DNA of 64,000 nt. Origin: Octopus vulgaris. Lineage: Eukaryota. Within the stretch, counting starts at the first letter, position 1. Every line of letters begins with the position of its first letter. Made by a program: the position numbers and the translations under genes. Of this stretch, positions 54,647-64,000 are shown one piece after another. The notes below the pieces were generated by a model. It did no database searches, was not told where the DNA came from, and saw nothing but the letters and a program-made list of their open reading frames with translations. The DNA lies in the NCBI GenBank assembly GCA_951406725.2, contig OX597825.1, forward strand, positions 1,674,001 through 1,738,000, read 5' to 3'.

Positions 54647-55281
54647 ATATAAATACACACACATACATACATACAAACATACATACATATATTGACCTGA
54701 AGTATCTTATGATTTCTTTGTTCGTTAAAATTTCTTTAACAAAAGCTGCAGACATCACGCTTTTCTTCTTCGTCGGAAATTGTTGAGTAAACATTGCCAG
54801 AAATCGAGATGAAGAAAACTATAGATTAAAATCTAATATCACGGTATATACCCGACACCAACAATTTGATCACGTAATGCAACTATCGTTAGTGAAATCA
54901 CCACAAACTTTCCTTTTTATTTATCTACCAACTTAAAATAAATGATTTTATAATATATAATAATTTGCATGACCATAAAAGATACGATATCTAAAAAAAA
55001 ATATATTCGATTGAAAAAGGAAACAATATTGCCATCGGCTCTCGCAAAAACTTTTGGTAAGTTTGCCAAAGAGAAAGCCAACGTGAGAGCCTATACGTGG
55101 AGTTTCGATCTGCTAGAAATAGCAACTCGAAATATCATTCTCAAATTTCACCCGCCTTCGAAAAGTTATACCCATCTCGGAGATGGGCGTGAGCCGCGTC
55201 ACTCACCCGTGAACCTAAGTCATGTGGAGTCGAATCAAAATAACATGTGTGTGTGTGAGAGAGAGAGAGGGGGTGGGACTC

Positions 55282-55320
<39 letters not shown>

Positions 55321-55734
55321 TGGAGTGTGTGTGTATAATTGTATGTAAATACATAAGAGAAAAGTGGGGTTCTTAAATTATTTAATTTCCTGAAATTGCT
55401 TTAATACGATTCACATATATTTTTAAAATTTCTTACAACTTGAACATTGTAACTTACGTTGTCCTGTACATTGCTTCGAAATCTATTCACGACAGAAATC
55501 GTCGATGCAAACCCCATACATCTTATATTTATCTTTATCTTAAGCAAGTTCTATTTCATCGAGCGGCTTCCATAAGATTTTCTTTATACGATATTTACTC
55601 TTTTGTAATTGTTCATTTCTTTCAGCTTTCTTGACTAATTCCTTTTATTTCTTTTATAATCTAAACTGGTTATAATGATGGTTTGTCGAGCATGCCTTGC
55701 GTTTGAACTCGTCTCTTCTAAAACAATGAGAAAA

Positions 55735-55905
55735 CTAGTTTCTAGCCATGTTAAAATTGACAGACAAATTTTCTTCAAACCACACCTCACCATCTTAAAA
55801 CAGGAATTGAATAATGTAGGTATGTATAGATCCTGTCTCAAAATGATGGTGCAATAACCATGTCTGGTAAAGCCTTCGATAAGACAAATAAATCAAGGGT
55901 TAAAC
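55735..55905 (+). mobile_element. Family C copy
   Basis: TCAAACCACACCTCACCATCTTAAAA...ATAATGTAG...TAAACAA. Confidence 0.55.
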
Positions 55906-56214
55906 AAGAGGAAAGACTGCCGCCGTTTTGGGACCTTTGATGTGAAACCAAGAAAAAAATTGTTTTCCTTGTTTCAGTTATCAGAATCATATCATAATTC
56001 AATCTTGACGAGACATTTGAATTGAATATGTCCAAGTTTTGTGGTGTATATTTATGACTTTGAACGTATAATCCGCTTTTATTTACTATTCATAATCTCA
56101 CTTGCAACTGTTTATATCACTGTTCATAAAACTTCCTATGTGTGTAAACTGACAAACTACAGTTCTAATACTGTTGTCTTACAATAATACTTTTAGTGTG
56201 AGAAGTTTTCAAGA

Positions 56215-57150
56215 TGCTAGACCAAGGAAGTATTTGACGGAGGTGAAGAAGAAAGATCAGAGATGAAAGTTAAGTAGAGCAAAGACTAAGAGTGAATAAA
56301 AGCCGTCTGAGGAGAGAGTGAGATGAGGTAAGCCTAGTAGAGCAATAAAAGACCTCGTAGGTTGGGCAAAGTAAAAATACTAAGCAGAGAAAGTCAAGGT
56401 GTAGGAAATAATGACTACGAAAGGTTTGCACATGGAATAAATGAAGATGACAAATCACTTGGTCAAAGGAAAACCAGGTCGAGATAAACTGGCAGAGTTT
56501 ATCAGATCGAGGAAATACAAAGCTGAAGAAAGACTAAGCTAAGACAATCCAGAGCCGATGATGGACCAAGGAAAGACTAGCCAGAAAACAGACTAAATTG
56601 AGGTTAAGGAAAGACTAGAACGAGCGAAAACAAAATCAAAGAAAGGTTAAGTTAGCGAAAGACTTTCCAGAGTAAAGTCTGCGTGAAGGAAAGATTGCAG
56701 TGGGGAAAATCAAGAACCAGATAAGACGAGACTAAGAAAAAATGCAGACAGTTAAAAACTAGGCGGAGGACTAAATATGTCTAGGAAAACTAGAAGACAG
56801 AAAGGTAAGGCTGAAGAAACATTGGTTTACTACAATTCTAGACTGAGATCAGTCTTAGTCGAGAAAAAACTAAGCAGAGAAGCATTGGGCCGAGATTAGA
56901 CTATACTAATGAAAGTGTAAGACGATGAATGACAAAACAGGGAAAGATTTATACATTGGGAAAATGTAGACCGAGAAAAGTTAAGAAAAGTCTAAACCTA
57001 CAAAAGACTCGACAGACAAGAAATTAGAATGAGAAAAAAGATAGAACAGAAGACTTTCCTGAGGAAAAGCAAGAAGCGTAGAATCAACCGAGGAAACTCT
57101 AACTTGATGAAAGACAAGACCGAGGACAGAGTATACAGTAGGAAAATGTT
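56215..57150. repeat. Ancient degenerate 16-bp minisatellite (consensus about GAAAGACTAGACCGAG)
   Basis: Contiguous 16-mers from 56641: GAAAGGTTAAGTTAGC / GAAAGACTTTCCAGAG / TAAAGTCTGCGTGAAG / GAAAGATTGCAGTGGG / GAAAATCAAGAACCAG / ATAAGACGAGACTAAG / AAAAAATGCAGACAGT / TAAAAACTAGGCGGAG. Confidence 0.7.
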
Positions 57151-58124
57151 GCTACAAGTTTCTCCTTTATATTCGAAAGGATTTTTTTATAAAGGGGTTA
57201 ATAGCTCCATCAGTTGTAAAGTGATGACACAAATTCATCTTCATTTCACTTCGGTTTCTATTAAGAAATCGCAATTTATTTTCATTGCAGACTTCGGAAT
57301 GTCGATCATTTCTGATGTTACTGGTCTTTTATGAGATGTTATAATAATATTCCATGATTCTTCATAAAACGGCTCCATAAAGACTATCAAAATCTTGCTT
57401 AAATCAATAAAAAAGCTTTAATAAGAAACGCAGTAGAATGTTGATCTGCAATTTAAACGGTGATTTAATATAGACAAGTTATCGTTGGTTGGAATGAAGT
57501 GAAGCTTTCTAGAGGTATTCTGTCGCATATAATCTTACAGAATATATTTAGACAGAAGCATACCCCGATTAGATTGCGGAACCAAAAAGAGATTGAAAAT
57601 GGAATTGAACATGTACAAATATTTCCCATTTTCTATAACAAATATACACATCTGTTGTAAACTATTTCATATATATAACTATTTAGAGGCAGTCATCAGA
57701 TTTACTGTTTCCTATTCCAGGTAACCCTATAATTTATAATTATGCGCGATTTGATTAATTATATTTTGAAAAATTTCAATTTTCGTTACCCACGTCTCTG
57801 TGTAGTTTTTGTTTCACACCAACGCTTTCCTTTCAATTTTCTTAATTCAGTTACTGCTATGCCCATCGTCGTAGATATCCCTACCTAAATACAATTCAAG
57901 ATAATATGTGGCTAGTTATGACCAATCGTCATTTTACTGGAAATTTAATGAGGGAGACTTTGAAGACTCAACGGCCAGCTTATGTTGAGTTTATCTCTTG
58001 TTGATTCCTCGGCATTAGCTTAAGGAAATGAAGATATCTTATCGCTAATTTATACAACATGCACGATATATATACATACATGCATACATACATACGTACT
58101 TAAACACACACACATCAACATAGA

Positions 58125-58174
<50 letters not shown>

Positions 58175-58175
<1 letters not shown>

Positions 58176-58330
58176 TTTATTTAAAGCAGCGGAAAATTCA
58201 ACAAAACCTGTTACTCTGAGTTTCACGTCCCCGTTCGTCGGGCAGTTTTTGCTAAATAAAGCATATTACTCTACCACTGGTATTTGAGTACTCTTTTTCC
58301 ACCTTGTTTCACATTTATGTGTTTATTCGG
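58175..58330 (-). mobile_element. Short HHR-bearing element inserted in (TA)n
   Basis: Unique about 155-nt insert with (TA)n on both sides; contains the HHR motif below. Confidence 0.55.
58202..58251 (-). ncRNA. Type I hammerhead motif with variant core (CCGACGA)
   Basis: Minus strand: CAAAAACTGC-CCGACGA-ACG GGGA CGT-GAAAC-TCAGA-GTA-ACAGGTTTTG. Extended stem I pairs 8 of 10, stem II has a GNRA loop, GUA cleavage triplet. Confidence 0.6.
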
Positions 58331-58683
58331 TATATATATATATGCATATATGTATGCAATTCTATACACACGCACACACACATACATATATGCACACACA
58401 CATACAAGCACACACACAAACACACACGCATTCAAATACACACACACACACACACACATATGTATGTATCCATATATTTGCATACATTCAAAAATGTATT
58501 GAAGTTAATGTGTTTCAGTTTAATCTCTTTTATTAAAGATATTTAATTATTTCATATTTATTTTGTCATTTATGATTAATTTAGAATAACATTCCAAAAT
58601 GCTCTCGGCCTAATCTTCTCAATGAAGTCACTCGCTCTTTCTCTGTCTGCCTGTCTGTCTGTCTGTCTGTCTCTCTTTCTCTC

Positions 58684-58717
<34 letters not shown>

Positions 58718-59431
58718 TCTCTAACTCTGTCGTTTCCTCTGTTTTCCTCCTCTTGTGTACGTGTATATGTTTGCGCTTAACATACATGTACATATGAATA
58801 CACATATATGCTCATATGCATACATAATCACATATCTCAGGAATATATATATATATATATATACACATACACATACATATATATATATATCCCTTTTCTT
58901 CCCTCCCTCTTTCAACGCTTTTCGCGTCCCCTTTCTCTTCTTCTCTCTCTCGTTGCCCACATGTGACCATCGTCCATCTTCCTTTTCGACACGTGACCAT
59001 CTTCCTTTTCCTGCACGGACGGTCAAAAGACTGGGCGTTTTTTTATCTCTCCTCTATCTTTTCTCTTTTCAAAGATAACATTACTCCCAGCGTTCAATAT
59101 TTTCCTATCGTTCTGGTCTAACGACCCTCCGTGTCTGTTTTCGTTCGGTTTCTTTGTATGTCTCCATTGTTCTGTTTCTGCTCCCAATTTTGACCCTTCA
59201 TAAACCCTAGATTTTATTTTAGAATTTATCGGAGCATCTGTCTTTGAAGACTCATATTGTCGTTGAATGCTCGAAATGAAGAGTATATAGACAGCCGACA
59301 ACTGATGACGAGTCACCTCTTTGTGCTTACTTTCCTGTTTTCCATTTTCTCTCTTGTTTACCTATTTCATGTTGTTGCACAGTTGGTGACGTCATGGATC
59401 CATATATGCACACACACACATATATATATAT

Positions 59432-59590
59432 ATAGGGAGAATTCACAAAAGAAAACAAAATGGTGGTGTAGACAACTAACAAATGTATTAGTTTAACGCT
59501 CGGGAAGTGAAAGAGTCTTTAACGTTTCGAACCTACGCTCTTCCACAGAAAGGAGCACAAAAAGAAACAAGGAGAGAAAATAAAGAGTGT
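59432..59590 (-). mobile_element. Short HHR-bearing element, same family as 11359-11575
   Basis: Homology to 11359-11575; flanked by (TA)n and (TG)n. Confidence 0.6.
59517..59552 (-). ncRNA. Minimal hammerhead motif with variant core (CUGUGGA)
   Basis: Minus strand: CTTT-CTGTGGA-A-GAGC GTAG GTTC-GAAAC-GTT-AAAG. Stem I CTTT/AAAG is perfect; palindromic AACGTT. Confidence 0.55.
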
Positions 59591-61004
59591 GTGTGCGTGT
59601 GCATGTGTGTCTGTGTGCGTTTGTGTGTATAGAATAGCAAGTAAACAATTTCGTATGCTTCCATGCACGCACCCTTACTTTTGAGTGGTCTGCTATTTGG
59701 CAGAATCTACCATATAATCTCAGTTATTGAAGTAATTTCGTCACAGAAATTGTTTTAAAAAGTTCCTCCAATGAAAATTCGAAGCAAATTAATTACAATC
59801 GCATCACACCGTTTCTGAAGCAATGATAGACAGATTAAGAAGTTAGGTGTAAGTAGTCTCTACCCATCAATTTAAGGGTTTCACATACTATATGTTTACC
59901 TGAAGTGAATATAAGAACAAGTTTTTACACAACAATTTCAAGCAGATTTTGTTATTGCTGATGTTATGCTTTGTTGATGAAGTTTAGTCTCTGGTTAGCC
60001 CCGAGCGAATAAAGTTTTGATCAAAGATCTTCGAACAATGATCATACCGAATTTTTACGGAGATTCTGCACATTGGAGAACATTAATGTAGTAAGATGAT
60101 AGAGTGTAATTCGAGTGAAAGTTAGCAAATAAAAAAATGTTGGTTCGTCATTTATATTGCAAAGATAAAACTGTATACAACTTAATATAAAAAAAAATAT
60201 TCTCGAAAACTCGATAACTTCAACCTAAGTTTTTTATCATATATTTTCGCAGAACACTACCAAAGCAATATTCACTAAGCAATTTTCCACTACAGCACAA
60301 CTTAACATGTTGCAGCCTCATTTAAATGTATTCATATACAGAACTTGATTTATCAAAGGTATTTTATTTCATCAAAGTGGGAACACAAATAGACAAAAAT
60401 ACTTTAAGTATAGAGGATTAAAAAATCTGTAATTGTCCACAAAATATATATGTCTTTGATATTTCAAAAAATACAGGTTTATTATAGACTTCCGGTAACG
60501 CATGCGCAATGATATACAGAAACCTCTTTTACTGTCCTCGACTGTGGTATTCAGAGATGTTCTTATAAAACTAGCCCTATGACACACACACACACACATT
60601 CATAATATATACATGTGTGTGTGTGTGTGTTTGTGTGTGCATGTGTGTTTGTGTGTGTAAATGTGTGTGTGTGTAATGAATACATATACATTGTAAGGAA
60701 ATGTATCGTGGTACATATGTACATACATGTGTGTGAATACACACACACATACCAGACACATACATACACAAACAAACACTCATACACACACACACACACG
60801 CACACATTTATATGTATATTTCGGCGCATCTATGAAAATTAGAACTCTATGCAAATATTTGATATTTGTTCGCAGTTAAGTCAGAAAGTCAGACTCTGAA
60901 AACTAATAGGCTTGCTTAATCGAAGCTAATAACAGTATTTTGTTAGAATGTAACATTTGTTGATCTCAAAATATTGCTTCATTTTTTGGCTCAAAGCTGG
61001 TTAT

Positions 61005-61185
61005 GGTAGCGGGAGGAGGCAAGTCGATTGCGCTACTTTCGATCTTTCGCTGGTTCTTTATTGCATCGACCCAGAAGATAAAAGTCAACGTTAACCTCGA
61101 TGCAGTTTACACGCAGAACTTAAAGAGATGGAGAAAATGCCGCTAAGTATTTTGTTGGCGCGCTTTGAGCATTCCACCACCTCGC
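61005..61185 (-). mobile_element. SINE family B, degenerate
   Basis: CTGGTTCTTTATTGCATCGACCC...CAGAAC...GCCGCTAAGTATTT. Confidence 0.6.
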
Positions 61186-61535
61186 TTCAAACTATTACAG
61201 TGTAACTTCCTGAACCACCGAAATGTATCATAATGGCGAAACTTGGTGAAAAGTGAAAAGCAATTTAACATCCAGGGTTAGAATTTAATTCGTGTTTCTT
61301 TGGTTTTAAGAAGTGCCTGAAAAATACACTGTTATATGCAGGAATACAATCTGTAACATTTGCTCTTTTGTGAGGAAAATCCAGGTGACCTCCACAGAAA
61401 CCTTCAACTCGCACTGATTGCTAGAACAGGAGTCATCCATCGTCCTTTTAACAATACAGTCTACAAATGCTTGAAGGAGCTTAGGTTGGGTGAATTGCTT
61501 GGTTAAAGAAACACTTGAAGTGAATATAAGCAAAC

Positions 61536-61666
61536 ACTTAGCGGTTCGGCAAAAGAGACCGATAGAATAAGTACTGGGCTTACAAAGAATAAGTCCCGAG
61601 GTCGATTTGCTCGACTAAAGGCGGTGCTCCAGCATGGCCGCAGTCAAATGACTGAAACGTGTAAGA
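61536..61666 (+). mobile_element. SINE family A 3' half, well preserved (5'-truncated)
   Basis: ACTTAGCGGTTCGGCAAAAGAGACCGATAGAATAAGTACT...GGCGGTGCTCCAGCATGGCCGCAGTCAAATGACTGAAAC. Confidence 0.85.
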
Positions 61667-62014
61667 GTGTATACTGCTTACTCCTGAAAAAAAAACCAAA
61701 AAAAAAAAAAGGCAGTTGCTTTAATGCTGAGTTCAAGTACGAAAGAAATTCTGCATTATCGAATATCTTGTCCACTATCAAAGGGCTCAGGAACCTCTTT
61801 CTGCTCTGTTGCTACTGATTATGGTCTTGTGGATCATAATGTGTTTCAAAGATTACATATTACATATTACTGCAAAGCATCAGTAACTACGCCACCTGTG
61901 GCCGAATTTAAATAGCTAAAATTCCGTATCGCTCTAGTATTCCACAAAACAATCTAAAAATTTAGACACCTTCCTCTCAGTTATTCTCACACGCGCATGC
62001 GCATTTTGTACTAG

Positions 62015-62103
<89 letters not shown>

Positions 62104-62294
62104 GCATACACATATACACACACACATACACACATAGAGAGAGAGAGAGGAAACCACCTTTCGGGTATCACAGTCATTTCAGAAGCAGTTTTTCTTTCCG
62201 TCTTCCAAGGGTGCATAATGCTAGTCATTGTAAGGATATACAATTCGCAGTCAAATACGTACATGTGTGTATGTTGTGTGTGTGTGTGTGTATG

Positions 62295-62350
<56 letters not shown>

Positions 62351-63264
62351 TAGTCAACCTTTTATATATCTCAATTACTTGTTCTAAGGTTCCTTTTCCT
62401 AATTTAAGATTGCAGAGTATAATGGTGATCACCAATTAACAACTTACGCTCCACGTGGAGTCAAATGAATTAATGAATAATGGATGTTATCGGTTTCTTA
62501 TAACACTGAGCAGCTTGAACGGTCGCCTCTGACCACCCATTTAACAAAATTGTCCACCAAGGAGCAATTCCACATCTTTTTTCGCTTTCTCCCGTTTCCT
62601 CCGTACCTTACATTCCCTCGCTTTCAAAGCTTCAGTTTCATATTTTCAAAGTAGGTAGATAAAGTGGTATGTTGGTTCTTGCATTACCTTTAGGAACAAT
62701 ATGGGATTTGACTTACTTTAGAAGGAGAGGGTTTCGATTGCATTAGAGGTAGTTCATGATATATATATATATAACAGGCATTTCTTTCTATTGATAATGT
62801 GGATTCCTTTTCAGTTGAAATTTTCAAAGCTTTTTTTTTGCTTTAGATACATAAAATATTCTTTTTTATCTTCTTCCTTGCCGTAGTCATAGTAACAAAA
62901 ACGAAAAGCAAAATAAAAATTAGTAATCTTGAAGCATCGGCAATTTTCAAAGGATGAAGTAAATATTTCAGTATCGTTTTTTTTTTTTTTTGCTTCCTTC
63001 TTTTTCTTTCTGATGTTGCAATTAGTTAACAAAAGCGTCGTTGATTGGAAAATCCCAACGGGAGAAACACTTGTTCTTTGCATTTCCAAGGGCAGGAATA
63101 ATAACTAGTTACAATTACTCGGAGCAGAACGACTGTCTTATATTCGCAGGTTCACATGTTCCAAAGATGTGTGCATGCGTGTGCGAAGACCCGCGCGCGC
63201 GCACGCATGCATGCACAAAAGCACTCGCACACACAAACACTCACATATATATAGAGATGGGGAA

Positions 63265-63303
<39 letters not shown>

Positions 63304-63399
63304 AACATGATGGATAATGCTTTCGTTTCCCAGGTTCCATTCACAAGTTATTGGCCAACATGAGACTATGGTAGAATATCATCGAATAACTTGCTACGT

Positions 63400-63434
<35 letters not shown>

Positions 63435-63689
63435 TGTGTGTGTATGCATTGAATATGAATTTCACTATACTAATGCAATAAGTAATGTGAATATTCCCCT
63501 GTTGATTAGAATCAGTTGATTATCGTGTTATGGTTGTCTGCCTGGGTAAACTCTAGACGTCTGCAGCCTTTACGTAATCCCCAGGTACAATCAGTGTCAC
63601 AGTATGTCAAAGCTGTTAGGAGCAATTTGAGAAAATTACTTTGTAATATTACTGGATCTTGATGTGGTTAGCTAACAGGATTGTTACTG

Positions 63690-63860
63690 AGCAGCATGAC
63701 GTCCGTCCTTACAATTTGAGCTAAAATTCTGCCGAGGTCGACTTTTTCTTTCATCCTTTCGGATAAATTAAGTACCAGTAGAACACTGGGGTTGATGTAA
63801 TCAACTTACTCCCTCCCCCGAAATTGCTGTCCTTATGACAAAATATGAAATCAATATTAT
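63690..63860 (+). mobile_element. SINE family B variant copy (alternative 3' tail)
   Basis: GCCGAGGTCGACTTT...TCATCCTTTCGGATAAATTAAGTACCAG...CACTGGGGTTGATGTAATC followed by CCCTCCCCCGAAATTGCTG. Confidence 0.75.
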
Positions 63861-64000
63861 TGAACCTGAACGTTGTGGACTGGCACAAGCGTTAGCAAAA
63901 TACTTAGGGGTTTACCTCATGATTCTTTACGTTCTGATCTCATATCCAGCCGTGGTCGAACTCGGAACTTTTTAACCATTAGGCCATTCGCTCTTGTATG

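Noticed and set aside
56215-57150. Repeat-plus-variable pattern as a CRISPR-like array
   Set aside because: Eukaryotic context, 16-nt degenerate units, no conserved repeat with unique spacers, no cas genes.
57029-57334. IADFGMS resembling a kinase DFG motif, with an acceptor-like TTTTCATTGCAG
   Set aside because: No HRD or APE context, a stop follows 9 codons later, and the ORF starts in the minisatellite; likely chance.

Overview
AT-rich eukaryotic DNA, intronic or intergenic, with no protein-coding exon I can support. Nearly every ORF in the track is a translated microsatellite. The repeat content (tRNA-derived SINE families plus very dense (TA)n/(CA)n/(ACAT)n/(GA)n) looks like an Octopus (coleoid cephalopod) genome; this is recognition and inference, not a database result. 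Recognisable fossils: an RTE LINE (RT fragment, 3' end, probable 5' UTR), an R4/Dong-like CCHC plus restriction-like-endonuclease LINE end, a Tx1/L1-type RT fragment, a mariner transposase fragment, a Penelope-like RT + GIY-YIG element, a tRNA-Ser(AGA) pseudogene and three short retroposon families. The most interesting signal is a set of short non-coding elements sitting in or beside (TA)n/(CA)n tracts that carry minimal type I hammerhead-ribozyme (HHR) motifs, some with atypical cores. Two of them form long fold-back inverted repeats whose junction falls in the ribozyme stem II, suggesting a Penelope-dependent, microsatellite-targeted, retrozyme-like system. Coordinates of degenerate repeats are approximate (about +/-20 nt).
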